Shown in pieces: positions 12,601-26,856 of a stretch of DNA of 64,000 bases; position 1 is the stretch's first letter; every line of letters begins with the position of its first letter. The stretch is from Lama guanicoe (taxonomy: Eukaryota). Under the pieces are notes generated by a model that searched no databases, had not been told where the DNA came from, and worked only from the letters and a program-made list of their open reading frames with translations. Made by a program: the position numbers and the translations under genes. Location: contig MU056277.1 of the NCBI GenBank assembly GCA_013239625.1, positions 1,962,076-2,026,075 of the forward strand. Reading direction: 5' to 3'.

Positions 12601-15600
12601 CTTCTGGCCATTTACTCTTTTGCTGGCAGTACCTGTTGATAAGGATGAAGTGAAACCAGATACCGGCTTGGCTGCACCCAGCGAGGAAAGACAGGCAGGA
12701 GGGCAGCCGCAGTGGATGCCAGGCAGGTGGTGTGGGACCAGGAGGGCGCAGGAGCCCAGGGCTTCGTGACACCCCGTCCCGCTCTGGGTGGGGGGCAGGG
12801 GGCTGGGGCTCCGCCCTCCTCCTCCCTCTCCCTCACTCCCCTTCTCCCCCTTTGGGAAGCCCGGCCTCCCCTGCTCTTCCCGCCCTCAGCCCTGATCTGT
12901 AGGGAACATCTCTGGGTTCCGGGAGCCCCCAGGAGCCTTCTCATCTCACCGGAGAAGATGCTTGTGGCCTGTGTTGGTCAACGTGGCTGGCACAGCCCCT
13001 CGGAGGATCCCCAGCCCCAGCCCTAAGCCACCGCAGGGGTCGGGTGACAGGAAGGAACGCGCAGGAGTGGGGCCAGCCTGGCCCCCCTGGGCCGCTCGGG
13101 GGCCAGCCCCACGCCCCGTGCTCGTCCTGTGCCTTCCTGTGACGCAACAGGCACCCTGTGCGGGAGGCTCTGACAGAGACGTGGACGAGCGTGAGGGCGA
13201 GACACTGCTGCCCGCAGCGGGTGCGACACCCAGAGCTGTTTGTCCTGTAGTTTCTGACGGATTGATGAAGTAATTATGCAGCAGGGTTTTTTCACTGTAG
13301 TAATTTTCCTTTGTAGCCATTTTACGATGTGAAAAGCCAGGGGCACTAAGTACCTTCACGTTCTTGTGGACAGGCAGCCCCGTCCATCCTTGGAACTCTT
13401 CACCCGCAACCGGAACCCGACCCCCCGCCGCGCCAGCCCCGGGGGACCGCCGGTCTGTTTCTGCCCGACTGTGGCCGGTCTCAGTCCCTCGTGTGCGTGG
13501 AGTCACCGGGACCCGCCGTTCTGTGGCCGGCGCCTTCCCCTCCGCGCAGTGTCCTCGAGGCCCGTCCCCTCGCAGCCTGTGTAGCATGTTTCCCTCCTTT
13601 CTAATGCCGAATGATTGTAGGTGATTCCCTCGTTTTGTTTATCCGTTTATTGTCAGCGGACACGAGTTGTTTGTGGCAGCGTCTTCATGGGCCCCGTACC
13701 TCCCACAGAGACCTCAGGGGGCCCAGAGTCCCCGGGGGAAGGCTGCTCCGGCTCGTCTCCAAGTCTGCTGCATCTGGGCCCCGGGGTCGCCGCGTCCTGC
13801 GGACCTGGCCCGCATGTCCCCTCCGCAGCCCGGTGGGCGCCCCTCGTCCCGGCGGCTCTGCCCCACCTGCTCTTCCCCCCTTGCCCCAGATCTCTGTCTC
13901 TCTGGGAGTTCTTCACAGATGTGGCCTTGGTCTACATCCTTTCCGCATGGGCATCTGCTTTGCTGGTGTTAATTCGCACCGGGCGGTTGTGAACATCCCC
14001 AGGTCACTCCGGGTGGTGCCCCAGAGGTCCCGGGGCTGGGCCCTGCTCCTGGGACTCAGAGGGTGGGGGGGTGTGCTCTGCGGAATGGACTGCAGGATGG
14101 GAAGGCGTCCTCCTTAGAATGGCTGCTCGTGTCCCTCTGTTGACACTCACGTAGTCTGCGTGGGAGGGGGGCCGGGTGTTCCCTGCAGCCTTGGGGCAGG
14201 AGGAGTCCAGGGGAGGCCCCTGAGCTCTCCTTTTGTCGCTGAACCCTGGGGAGAGCTGCAGAGCCAGGGGACAGCTGTGTTTCTGTTTTCTGTGCCAGTT
14301 CTGCCATGACCTGCCTGAATCCCCACAGTAAACGCTCTGCAGAGCCAACGAGGACGCTTCTGTGCCCGGCAGCCCTGCCTGAATCAGCACACGGCGAGGG
14401 GCACGGGAAGAGGGCCCCGGGAGGTACCTCTCCACCGCACGTGCGATCCCGAGATCAGCCTGGTCTCCCCGACCACAACTCGGGGAGTTGGGGAGCCACC
14501 CCAGTGCCCGGACCCAGCCCTGCCTCCTGGGGCCGGAACACGTGCAGGGACCAGGCCCGTCTGGTGGTGGGGTGGACAGACGGTCACCCCATCAGGGACC
14601 AGGGCCTGAATCCCCCACGGCTCACACCACGTGGTCAGTGTGCTGGAAGTGGTCCCGGCGGTGGCTGGCCCCTTGTGGGGGAAGTGGGGCTCCGGTCTTC
14701 ACAGGTCCAGTGTCAGTGCAGCTCCCAGCAGCCCCCGCCCATCAGGGCAGCCCGGCCCCTCTTCCGGACCCGCCCTCTCCTTCTGCTTCTCAGGAAGCCG
14801 CGTGGGTGATGAGGGTGAAACAGCAGGAACCGCGGCAGCTCGAAGGACCCGCGCCCTTTTCCTGCTCCCTGGGTCCGTGGACGAGCCGGCCCAGTGGTCA
14901 GGGGCCCCGCACTTCGGTGGGGGGCTTGGGGTGAGTGGGGGCTCAGGTGTGTCTTGAGGACAAGAAGGTGGGATTTCCATGTGAAGGAGCGTCAGGAGCC
15001 GTGCAGAGTCTTCTCCTTGGGGAAGACACTTTTTCAAGTTACAAAAAACTGAGTAAACAATGCAAAGTAGGGCCTCAGTTATTTGGAATAAAAGCTGGTG
15101 AAATAGGTGTGTACGCAGTTCACAGTTAGAACGGTAATTCTCCTCCTGAGTCACATCCAATTTTATTCCAGAAGGTTCGGCTCTCTCATTACGCCGTGAG
15201 GTCGATCGTCAGCCAGGAAGAGAGTTTTAGAAAACTTCTCAAAACCAGACGTACTCGGGTCGGCGCTCCTGTGGTGAGCGCTGAGAGCTGGGCTGCGGGG
15301 CGTTGCAGACGCTCCTTTCTGTGTGTCCAGACGTCCCCGCGTGCCCAGGTGTTCCTGCATGTTACAGGTGTCCCTGTGCTGCCGAACCGGCGACAGGCTT
15401 CAGGTTTCATTTGTTGATCCATCGGCAGCCCCTCTGCACTGCCTGTAACGGCAAACCTAATTCCCTGAATGTCGGATGACACTGAACTCATTACACAGCG
15501 ATGGTAGGTGCACGCTATAAACTGCTAAAAAGCACGCGTGCGTGAAGAAGGCGTGTGGGCAGGGCCGTTCCCGCCCCGCTCCCCGCGTGGGGCTCTCTTG

Positions 15601-16544
15601 GCTTGTCCTCATTTCCGCCCTTTCTGTAAGGAGCGCTCGTGGCTGTGCAGCCCGACAAAGGGCGACAGCAACGTGAACGGCGAGGCTGTCGGGGTCCCTC
15701 TGGAAGCTCCACCCGCTTCACGGCTGTTTCCGCTGCTGCTGTCATCCTGCTTTTGCTTGTGCTGCTGACATTCCACTAGCCAGCTCAACCCAGGCTTTTC
15801 CAGGTGACAGTTTTGTAACTTTAGGCGTGGTCTGCACACATCTTCACCGAAAAGACAGCCTCAAGTGTCCTTTGAAACTTCAGGGGCTGAGAGCTGCCCT
15901 TCTCGGAGCCCCACCTCCAGGCTGCGAGCCGGGCTGTGCCTCCCCCGTTTGGGTTCTGTAACGTCCCCGCGAGGCGGTTGTCGGGGCCACTCCCTGGGTT
16001 TCGGGTTAGCACTTAGCAGTCCAGAGCTGGGAGGATCAAAGGCTCGCCTTCTAGAGCGGAATGTTAAGGGCCCAGGGAGGCTGAAAACTTCTGGCGCTGG
16101 TTTCACCGGAAAGGAGAAGACGCTGTGTTGACCTCCTGAGCCTGGCTGATCACGCAGGTGGAGTTTGAGTGTCGTGGACCGTGTCCCAGCAGAGAGGCAG
16201 CAGGGCCCACGGGCCACGTGGCCTGAGTCTGTCTTCCTGATGTGGGCCAGGGAATTTTGTAATCATCTGTTCCAGGTGTTTAAACTTTCAAAGACACAAT
16301 TTTAAAAAGCAGGTAAGTGTAAAAAGACTACCCTTTATTTTTTTTAATATAATTTTCCGGTTTATTACTTTGTTTTGAAGCACAGTTAAAACCTAAGGGC
16401 TGTTAATGTGTGAGCAGGAGGAGTAGCCCTGTTTGTCTTTGCGGTCCCGCCTCTGGAGTCACCTCGGCAAGCCGAGCTCCACCTGCTCCGCGACGCTCGG
16501 GTTGAAGTGCTCCCTTACTTCAGAATAGGTGTGAATGGGGTGCA

Positions 16545-16626
16545 CCTTTAGGAATTGTACATCACTGTGTTGCACACCTGTGATCTGTGTAATACTGTAC
16601 GGCAGCTATACTTTAATAAAATAAAA
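16545..16626 (+). mobile_element. L1 3' terminal fragment with A-rich tail
   Basis: ATCACTGTGTTGCACACCTG...AATACTGTACGGCAGCTATACTTTAATAAAATAAAA. Confidence 0.65.
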
Positions 16627-19600
16627 CGTTCCCTGCAGCGTTGCTGACGAGAGCAAAGAGAGCAGATCAGCTCTCTGAGCAGGTGCACGACTGAACATCC
16701 GTCCCGGGGACACCACGCAGACCTTCAAAAAGGGGGTGTGGATTTAGGCTTGCCGGTGCGGAAGGAAGCTTATACTGTGCTGAGGGGAAGGCGCATCGCA
16801 AAGTGGGCACGTGACGTGAGCTGTACTTAGTGTGGATTCACGTGAATACACGCGGAGGAGGAAGTGCGGGGAAGCACGCGAAGGTGCCAGGCCGCGAGCG
16901 TCTCTGGCCGTCAGGGTGCGGGTCCCTGTTCCTGTCCTCTGTGTTTCTGCCTTGCGCCAGAAGGTTTATATTGATTACGTGTTACTGTTGTAGTCAAGAG
17001 AAAGAATAAAACTTTTACCATTAAAACAAATTTTTGCACAGCCCGGACGATCTTACTGTGATGACTGAGGAGCAGACTCCTGCGAAGGTGACAGTGGTCC
17101 TGGCGGGTGGGTGGGCAAGCCCGAGGGCTCCCGGGACCCTCCTCGTCAGCGTGCGCGGGCACTGCCCACTGTGCCTGGGGACCTGAAAAGGTCCAGGCAA
17201 TCTGATGACGAGCCCCCCCCCCGCCCCCAGAACAACCTGAACACACTGGAAACCACGTGAAGGAAGCGAGCAGAAGGCAGGGGCTTTGCAGCGAGTGTCG
17301 CACTGCTCGGGGCCGGGGCACCCCCTCCACCGCCCCAGCCCTGCTTGGGGCCGGGGCACCACGTCCCACAAGGTCAGGTTAGACTTGAAGTTAGAGACGG
17401 GAAGAGGGTGAGCTGGGAATGAGGGACTGGGCTGGGGCGCGGGGCTGACAAGCAGCAGAGGCGGTCAGGCTGAGAGCCGGGGCCCCTCCGCACCCCACGC
17501 CCCCGACGTCCCCAGGGCCGTGCTCCACGTTTAGATCCACATGAGCAGGAGGACAGCTGTGGGAGGTGAGGACCGAGCGTGGGACGCCAGGAGAGGCGGT
17601 GTGGGGCCAGGCCGGTGTCCCTCCATGTGTAGGGAAGTTTGGGTCGTTTTAGTTCAGTCCTGGGACTGACCCAAAAGCCTAGAGAGCCTCCAGGCGGCTG
17701 ACGCCTGTGTCCCGAGTCCCCTCCCCAGACAGCAGCGCCCCGAGGGTGCAGGGTGGCCAGCCCCTGGCATCCCCGGACTCCTGGGAAACCACGGTTACGG
17801 GTGCCGCGTGGGGTGGCCAGACGCCTGCCACGGCCTGGGTGGTGGTCTACCGGTTTTCAGATAAGGAAGCTCAGAAGACTGGCCACACCCCCAGGCCACA
17901 CGTCTGTTGTCACCCCTCAAGGAGCCAGGTCTGAGCGGGTTCCCCGACACCGGCAGGGGTCCCGGTCCTGAGTCAGTGCAGACCCCACCACAGGCCAGGG
18001 CGCTGCAGACACCGGGCTCGGGGCCACCTGCACCTCTGACCCCTCAGCTGCGCGTTCGGGGTTCCCACGGCGCCCTCAGTTCCAGCAACTTGCTAGAACA
18101 ACTCCCAGAGCCCGTGGAAGCGCAGTCCGCACAATTCCAGTGTTACTAGGAAAGGCACAACTCGGCACCAGCCCGGTGGAGGCCACGCCGGGGCCCGTCC
18201 AGATGGGGCTCACGCTCCCCCCCGCCCCTGTGGGTTGGGGCCACCACTGTCCCAGCACTGGACGTGTCTGCCCACAGGAAGCACCCTGGGGTCTCAGCGT
18301 GTCACTGGCCGTGGATCTGAGCCCAGCCTCCTGCCCCCTGGCCTCCCCGAGAGGTCAGCAAGGGGGCGGGAGCTCCAGCTCCGTGACCCGTGTGTGACCA
18401 GCCCCTCCCCTGAGACCGTCTGGGGCCCACCTGAGTCACCCGGGCAGGTGTGGCCCGGAAGGGGCCCTCTAGGAATACCGAAGGCCCACGTGGCCACACA
18501 GGAAACCCCGAGGGCTTCTGCAGCTGCTGAACTGGGCGGGAGCCTGAATCTAGCGCTTGCTTCCCAGAGTCCCCAGCTCCGCATCCCCACCGCCCTTCTC
18601 CCTGCGACCGCCTGCTGCTGCTGCTGCCTTGGACCGCGGTGCGACCTCTGGGCGCCACATCCAGGAGGGTGTCTGTTGGTTCCTGGCGGTTGGTCAGTGC
18701 CCCTTCCTCCTGAGGCTGTGTTGTTCCTTGGGGGTAACTCGGACCCCACCCCGGCTCCAACCCGGGAACTGTTAACAGGAGGCCCTGAGCCCCCACGCCC
18801 CCTCCCAGGGGGCTGGCTTGCTGGGGGTGGCAGCCAGGTGCCTCCGTGGTTCTGATAGGTGAGGGCTTCTGGGGTCAGGACGAGCCCCCAGGGGAGTGAG
18901 ACAGAGGAGGGGAGAGAGGAGGCTCCGGTGGGGGAGACGAGATCCTTGCTGAAGGCTGTTTATTTCTAACCTCCTCACCAGCCTCCCCGGCCATGTGCCA
19001 AGTACCTGGCATCCGCCAGGCGGTGAGCAGCCAGGCCCTCAGCGTCTGCCTTTCATTTTTGTTGCATCCTTTCTGCCCTTCTCGGGCCCCTGGTGCACCG
19101 GCCTGAGCTGCCCGGCTGTGCGCCTGAGCCTCGGCTCCCCCAGGCGCCTCGTGGAGTTAGTGCTGCCACCGCTTCGTGACTGCGAAGGCCAGGTGCGGGC
19201 AGCTCTCTCCTCTGCGCAAGATTGGAATGCGGTGTTGAGAATGACAGCACAGGCTTAGGCACAGGGTAAATTGCCTCTGGATCCAGTTGCACTGGGGGGC
19301 CCGTGGGGTTCCCTCACGGCCAGGCAGCCCTGCGGGGCACTCAAGGATTCAGCTCAGTCCTGACACTGCCCCCCTGGAGAGGGTTGGAGCCCACAGGTCA
19401 GGGCCCAGCCCCACACGGCCACCCTCTGCTCCAGACGCCCACCACCCAAGACCAGGGTCACCCGTGCTCCTGACCGCCGGCTGCAGCGCAGAGGCCTGCA
19501 CGACCCCGCGGGTCCTGTTCATTTGTCAGAGCGCTCACGGGACTCAGAAACACGTTCTTACTAAATCACCGGTGTATTATAAAAGCAGACAATTCAGTGT

Positions 19601-20430
19601 ACTGGGCAAGGGGAGAGCCCTGTCATAGAGCCAAGCTCCGCCGCAGGCGCTGGCAGCGGGGTGAGGGCTTCCCGCAGGTGCCAAGCACGGGGTGGGACGC
19701 CAGCCTCAGACCCATCCCGCTTGGTCACTGTTGGGGGCTTTTAGAGGAAGAACAAAGAGGCCGGGGCTGATCACCTCCCCTGACGTTTCTCAGTCCCAGG
19801 TTCGGGAGTCAAGACGTCCCGGGGTTGCGAGTCTCAGGCTCGGGGTCTGTGAGCTCTTCTTGCCCCGGGGAGACAACCTGAGTTTGTGCGTAATTACGAT
19901 GCCTGTGATGGCAATCTTACTGCCTGGACGATGCTATCTGTTCTGACAGCAGCAATTTTCGTCATCTGACTCCGGTTGATCTGTGCTCCGTGAGCGCTGG
20001 ATTGAGGTCAGAGGGGACAAGAAAGGGGACAGTTCAGGATGGAGGTGAATTGTATGCTGGGTGAGGAGCTTGGTTTTAGGGGCCTTGGCAAAAGCAGCCA
20101 AAGGTTTTAGGGGGCTCGGCAGGAGCAGCCAGATGGAAGAGATCACAGGGTGAGGAGTGGGGAGGGGACGTGGAGGGTCTAAATCCTCACCCCATCTCCA
20201 CGTGTTCGCTGACCGGGAAGTTCTCCAGACCCCGCCCTTTAGGGTTTTGTGGTGTGGGCGTGTCCCGTGCTTGGCTGAGAAGTCTTACGGAAAACTTTGG
20301 GGACATTGCAAGCTCTTTTTTCAATTTACATCTTTAAACCTCTCTTGTACCGACTGAATTCATTACAGTGACCCAGTGTCATAGGGGTTGTGAGTCTGAA
20401 TCTGTCTCTGGTGGTGACTTGTATCTATCG

Positions 20431-20560
20431 CTTTATTCCATCCGCAGTTAAGGAGCGCCCACCGTGGACCAGGTGTCGTGCTGGCCGCGGGGAGTGCAGA
20501 AACAGCGAGACGACAAAAATAAGAAATGGTCTCTTCCCTCTGGGAACTTAAAGTCTGGCG
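20431..20560 (-). mobile_element. L2 3' end remnant
   Basis: GAGCGCCCACCGTGGACCAGGTGTCGTGCTGG...TGGTCTCTTCCCTCTGGGAACTTAAAGTCT resembles the antisense L2 terminus. Confidence 0.5.
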
Positions 20561-22683
20561 GCTGAAAGGGGCCCGGTTTCCCGCAGGGAACGTGGAGGGG
20601 CCTTGCCGGCGGAAGCGGACGGATTTTCTGGGATGTGCGGGTCCTGCCGGAACCAGACACGGTCCCGACGCCCTGAGTGGGTTTCCTTGGGGGCAGCTGA
20701 GCTGGGGGCCTTCTCCTCCCCCAGCTGGTGCTTCCAGAAGGAAACTCCAGACCGACCAGCCAGCCTCCTGGCTCCGTCGGCTCGCGGTGGGGCCCTGTAG
20801 GAGCCAGGGTCACAGGGGCCTTGCTTAGGGGTGAGCTCACACTCCTGTTCTTCGCACGAGTGCCCTACCTCCTCGACTCCTAGCTCAGAAGTGGGTAATG
20901 GTTGCACTGTGGTTCTAGCCAGGGCCCCACTCAGGTGAGCAAAGGAAAGACATCTTTTTTTCTCCCTCTTTCCTAGAGCAAGTGTTGGCAGCCTTTTATT
21001 GGGAAGGGCAGGTCTTTTAAGTTTAGGGGGCCTGAGGGTCTACAGCACGGTATTCCAGGCGCAAGGGCCTGCAGGGTCTGTGGTCCCGCGGGACGGTGAC
21101 CGTGGCTGATTTGTCGTGACGGGGCGGCTGTGAGCCGGTCACACCGTGTTTACCCAACAGCCCTGCTCGGTCCTGGACTGGCCCCTACGACGTAAGCTTC
21201 CACGTAGCCTGGACCAGAACTGCTGGTCATCGCTTCCTCCGTCTGTCCTGGTGTCTTCACTGAGGGGTTGGATCTCCTGGAGGGACTGTGCGTACGCATC
21301 GTTCGAAACGTTAATATGCGGGGCGAGCCGGCGGTGACGGTCCCCTCCAGGCGGCCCTCGCCGCGCAGGGATGGCTAGTCGGGCAGCCTGAGTGATGGCG
21401 GCGGGGGGTGGGTGCCTTTTCTCACGGACTTGAGGCAAGAGCTTTCCTCCCTCTTGATAGGGCCCCGCCATCCTCAGAACCTTAAGCATTGGAGGACATC
21501 CTTGCCGGGTGCACCCCAGGATGCTCTGGCCTCAGGTACCTCCAGTCTCTGACCGAGCCGACTCTCACTCCGTCACAGATCAGTAACCGTTCGTACAACC
21601 AGGGTCACCCAGTCCCTAACCCGGCCCTGCAGCCTCCACGGGTTTGCCTGGGCTCTGCTCGCCGCCCGTGTCCCCGGCCTGGGGGGTCCGGGAGCCCGGC
21701 TGTCCCTAGTCCGCCTCTGTTGTTGGCAGGTGCCGTCAGGCCCCTTGAGGCCAGCAGGCCGCCTCCTCACAGGAGGTCTCCGAACTTGTTGGCTGCCTTG
21801 CCGCCTCTTCAAAAGCCAGCGGAGGCCACGGCAGGGCTGCTGTTTTGGAAGCTCTGTGAACCGCTCTTCTGGCCAGCGCTGAATGCGACCTGAAGCAAAC
21901 TGGGAAAAACAACCGCTCTGAAGTGGCTCATACGTATGAAGAAGCAGGACCGTGAGCCGTAGCCGCGGTCCCTACCGCTGCGCTGGCCAGCGTTTGCTCG
22001 TGAGGAAACGCAGCCCTGAGCCTCAGTCACAGGCTCGGATCTCGGCGCGGGGCGCGGAGGGCGCCCCCTTCCTCGTGACTGTTCCCGGGTGAGCGTGCGC
22101 TCGGGCGCTGTTGGGGGGGCGCTTCTCCACGGGGACGAGATGATCTGCCCCCAGCCTGGGCCGGGCAGTGGACCGAGGGGCTGTCCTCGGGCAGCCACCT
22201 CAGGGCAGGAGGGCCTCCCGCAGGAAAGCGGCACGGGCCCCCTCAGGGCCAACCCGCAGCGACTTCCTCGTGGGGTTTTGTCTTCGCGTGTACGTGGGGT
22301 GCCCAGGGGCCTCGTGGGAGGACAGGGAGGCGGGCTCCTGACCGACGCGCGTTCTCCGAGCGAGCTCCCACGGCACGCGGGGTCCGGCAGTTCCCGCTCT
22401 GGCCCTGGATTTAGGTGGGACGTCCTCTGCCTCCTGCTCAAGGGGCACAGGAGTTCACCTCCGCACGTCGCTGTCTCTGTGACTGGCGGGGAGGGTGGAG
22501 CGCATGGGAAATTAGGGCCCTGGTGCCCATTTGGAGGGATTACAGAGGTGGGCTCACGTCCCCGCGGCAGAGGGGCCCGCAGGAGAAGCCAGCCCGGCGG
22601 CCCGCCTGGGGGCCGCCGCCTTCCAGCCGCGGAGCTGCCCGCTGAGCCGGCGGGTGAATCCAGGCTTGGGCCCCGTTCCACTG

Positions 22684-22870
22684 CCCTGGGTTTGAACGTG
22701 ACGCTCTCGCTCAGCAGATGTTTGGCCTTTGGCGAGATATGTATTTAGTTTTTCTTAGCCTTGGGTTTTCTCGTCTGTAAAGCGGGGCTTGTAACAAGGC
22801 CTTCTTCACAGGAACATTTACACCAATGGAATGAGGAAGTGTATGTAAAGCAGTTAAATCGTGGCCACGT
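22684..22870 (+). mobile_element. MIR SINE remnant
   Basis: CCTGGGTTTGAA...TTTTCTCGTCTGTAAAGCGGGG...ATGAGGAAGTGTATGTAAAGCA. Confidence 0.65.
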
Positions 22871-23354
22871 GTTGAAAGGATTAGCCAATTTTTACGTGCT
22901 TATGGGGCAGAACATCTCCCCTGAGATGAGTGCCCGCAGCAGCTGAGCTGTGTCTTAGCTTTGCCTCCGTTTCTGGAGAACAGTGTAGGCAGCGCTAGCC
23001 GCTCGCGCCGCCCAGCTCAGAGGGTCAGGCTGTGGAAGAGGGAAGAGCTGCTAATTACGAGCTGTAGTCCTTTTTCCAGGAAGGACCTGAAGCAGCTGAC
23101 TGGAATTTAAAAAACAAATCAGATGAGTGTGCAGCTACACACAACAGGAAAAGTTCCGTTCTGAGACGCACACAGAAAAGTGAATTAACCTGGCAACACA
23201 AACTGAGTGAAAATGTGTGTGGTTTCCAGCACGTTCATGTTGATTACACCTCCGAGTGCGTGGGTTGGAGAGTCTGCCCTAGTGCTGTTCACCTGGCAGA
23301 GTGTCCGTCGTAGAGGGGGAGGCGGACAGCAAACAAATCACTTGCTGGGTCGCA

Positions 23355-23680
23355 CGGCGGCCAGCGCCGGATGCTGGCAGGGATGTGGAGCTGTCGGAAC
23401 GCACACAAATATACCGCTTGTGGGCGTGTAAACCAAGGACCACTTCAGACAACTGTTGGGCAACATCCAGGGAAGTTAAATGTTTACCCTGGAAACAACC
23501 CGGACGTCCGTCAGCAGCAGGAAAAAAGTAACTCGTGACGCGTCTGGATGGTGGCACAGCACACGGGGCGCGAAAGGAATGACAGCACACGCGGCTCACA
23601 GGCCAGGGTGAGCCAGGGAAGCCGCGCTGAAAGGTGCCTTTGGTACCGTCCCATTGAGTTTAGGCTCAAGCCAGGCACGG
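23355..23680 (+). mobile_element. Old L1 (L1M) ORF2-end/3' UTR fragment
   Basis: GCTGGCAGGGATGTGGAGC...CTGGAAACAACCCGGACGTCCGTCA. Confidence 0.6.
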
Positions 23681-26600
23681 GGCCACGATGCCAGCCCCCA
23701 GCCCCAGCTCCCTCCCCCAGCCCCCAGCCCGGGTGTTCTGTTTCTCGATCCAAGTCTGGGTCCCCAGGTGAAGGCCAGGCGGCACACCTGGGACGGGCAC
23801 TTTTTGTACGTAAGTCACTTTTCAAGAGGATGTTCTTTAAGGGAGTACAGGGTATGTCATAGGGCGGGCAGCATCATGGGGAGCCCCCGGGGGGATGGGA
23901 GCTGGGGGGTCGCGGGCCCCTGGGGGAGCGGCAGGGGACCAGGGGAGCCTTGGGCGGTGGTCAGGAGGGCAGTGGGCTCGTTCACCTTTTGCTCTCACTC
24001 TGAGTGCACGGGAGCCTTAGAGGATCTGGGAAGGGGTGGGAAGTGGGGGACCTTGCTTCCAGGAGCGCCCCGACCCCGGGAGGTGCTGAGAGCAGCTGCG
24101 GACTCAGGCGCTGCGGGGCTCGTCCATGGGTGTGCGCTGGCTCCCGGTGACCGGCGGCCTCCTGCTTGTGTCCTCTACAGCTGGGTTCGCCCGGCTCCAG
24201 GAGGCGCTGCCCTGCACGACCTTCCAGAGCCTTCTACGCCCTTGAGTGAGCACTAGTTTTCAATCTCATAAACCTCATCAAAGTAAGACAAGAACTAAAA
24301 ATTGGCTCGAGTGTGTAAAAGTGACGCTAATGACAGTAACTGACATGAAGACCATGATTCACGCCTCACAACCACCTCCTTCCTCGTGAGTGCCCAGACT
24401 CGCTCTGTTTTGCTTTATTTGGGTGGCGTGTTCCCCGTAAGGCAGCTGGCCTTCCAAGGGGCCCCGAGTGTGGCCATATCTTACAGGCTCCAGTGCGTCT
24501 TCTCAGCCTGAAAACCACAAGGAGCGTTCTTGGGTTCTGACCTTGAGACATTGTGGTTTTCTATTCACAGAACACGCATTTTCCAAATCCTTTATTGCAT
24601 CTACTGGGAGAGGGGTCAGAAACTCAAGAATTGACTAGAAGTTGGATAAAGTTAACTGAAGCTGATCTGTTTCGGTTTTTAAGCTCAAGTAGCGTAGTTT
24701 GTAGCAGAGGGAAGGCCGACCGCCTTCCAGGTGCAGAAGGGCCCCGAAGCGCCGTCACTCGCAGCTCTGCCTCCTGCAGAGGAGACCCCGGGGACAGAGC
24801 AGAGCTTGTGACGCCGTCACCGCGGCGGGAGACGCAGTGCTGGGCGAGGGGCCCGGGGATGTTTCGGGACTGTGACTCTTCACGTAGATGCTGCAGATTC
24901 CTGTGGAGTGAGGGGTTTGAAAATCCATTTACTCTGACTTGTGTGGTTTGAGGGAAAAAAATAAGTCGTCGTTTATCTGCTCCGGTCTCAGCGTGTCCCT
25001 GGGAGGTTAGTCATCCAGGGGAGTTGCTGCGATTTGGGGGATTTGCGAGGGACTCTGACCCGGGGTCTACAGAGAAAGGAGGTGTGTGTGTTCGGTGCAG
25101 GGCACGGTGAACCAATCTGCACGTTTAAAGCCCCTTCTGTGCCTGCGCGGAAAGCGGCCACTTCAGTCGCGACTCTGCTCGCGACTGGTGACACTGGCCA
25201 GACCTCCAGTCGGGGTAATTTTGCTGCTTGACTGTTTGAGGTGAGAAGTGCCTTCCGCTTCGTCAGGAAAGGTCGTAAGAGAACCCGGAAGCATCACTAT
25301 TTTTTAACCGGATTTGGGATGATCCAGGAGGGGGTGACTTGAGTTTTCTCTGCGCTGACGCCTTTTCATGGTGACTTCAGGGATGATGGTTTGTTGGTTT
25401 GATGGTCTGTGCATCACAAGCACAGGGAAAGACCTGACCGTCCCCGTTTGGAGACCCCCGGACACGCCGCCCCTGTGAGAGGGAGAGCTTTGTCATGGCC
25501 AGCAGTTCACGGACAGTGCCCCCACCCCGCCCTCTGCTCACCACCCGCCTTGTCCGGTGGCCTCTCACTTTCCCGGGAACACGGACTCCTGCACAGTTCT
25601 CACCTGGCCGACGTGTCGTGCTGGTGTGTCGGGTGCAGTGCAGTGTGTCCCCGAGTCCTCAGCTGGAGTTAGAGACGCAACGGTGCAGGGACCGCTGGAA
25701 GGTAAAGCCTGCAGGCCGCGATCACAGGAGACACGGGGCCAAGCTGTGCACTTCCAAACATGCTTGTAGCGTTAAAGGCACCTGAACCGCTTCACGGTGA
25801 ATTTCAGGGCATGGAGTCAGCTTTAGCCAAATCGAAAGTCTTTGAAATGAGGAAATGATGTCTGAAAAAGTCATGCTAAATTGCAGTATTTGAAACCACG
25901 TGAAAGGAGAGTGATTGTAACTATACCCCGGGTGTAACCCTGGTAGGTAACCAAATAGTAAAGGGGTGGGTTTAAGCCGGAGGAGGAACTGTGGACAGGA
26001 TGGTAGCAGGGCCTCCCCGCCCCCGGACGAGGCTCTCAGCTGGGTGCGTCTCTGGAAGAGCCGTGGCGACGGGAGTGGATTTTTGGTCTTTGCTCAGCTG
26101 TGACGCTAAGGTCTCCTGGGTGCAGGAGGGGACGTGTGATTGCCTGACGGTGAACTTGCAGGTGGGTTTCGTATTGGCGTCCAGCAGCTGCGCGTTAGTG
26201 GCAGGGCCTGGGGTGTCACAGGGCGAGAGGCTGGCAGTGCGGTGGGCCCTCCGCCGTCTGCCTTGCCTCCAGAACCCCGCGTGCACCCCGCTGTGCTCTG
26301 TCCCCTGCCCTCAGGAGTGCGGCCACCCTGCCTGGACGCAGCGAGCAAATCATTGTACTCTACGGGCTCATTTTTCTCTCCTTACCTAAAACGAAAGGAA
26401 ATAAAACAAAAAATGAGCCTACATGGCGCTGGTTTGTCTAACTTCTGTTCCCTTTACTGTTTGACACTGTCCTCGGCCCCCGCATTAAGGCAGGTGGCCC
26501 ACGAGACCCCAGGTCCGATCCCGCCCTGCAGGCGAGCGGCTCGCTGTCCCAGGGCTCCTCTTCCTCAACCGTGGCATGAAGACCGTCCGAACACCCCTGG

Positions 26601-26724
26601 GTGCTTAAGGCGGTGCCCGGCACAGGGAGACGATCCACGCTGGTGACGTACCGACGGGAGATCGGCACTGGGTCCATCAAGGACCTGCTAGACTTGAGGT
26701 CAGCTGGAAACAGTTAAAAACAGA

Positions 26725-26856
26725 ATGTGCTGCCTTCAGTACCTTGTAATAACCTGTAATGAAAAAGAATGTGAAGAGAATACGTATGTGTAACTGAATC
26801 ACTGTGCTGTACACCAGAAGCTAGCACAATACTGTAAACCAGCTGTGCTTCAAAAA
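26725..26856 (+). mobile_element. L1 3' end (artiodactyl type)
   Basis: TTGTAATAACCTGTAATGAAAAAGAAT...TAACTGAATCACTGTGCTGTACACCAGAA. Confidence 0.75.

Noticed and set aside
15110-15400. Possible ancient L1 ORF2 fragment (DVTQEENYR resembling DTTKKENYR)
   Set aside because: The match is too short and degraded to annotate by eye.
20990-21650. Possible retroviral internal (pol/env) remnant on the minus strand
   Set aside because: Only faint resemblances (GPYQ; NVSND..SLQEI), with no CX6CC or catalytic motif; not supportable without a profile search.
21809-22748. Overlapping 290-aa and 219-aa ORFs on opposite strands
   Set aside because: Pro/Arg/Gly/Ala-rich composition is expected from stop-poor, high-GC DNA; no motifs or splice support.
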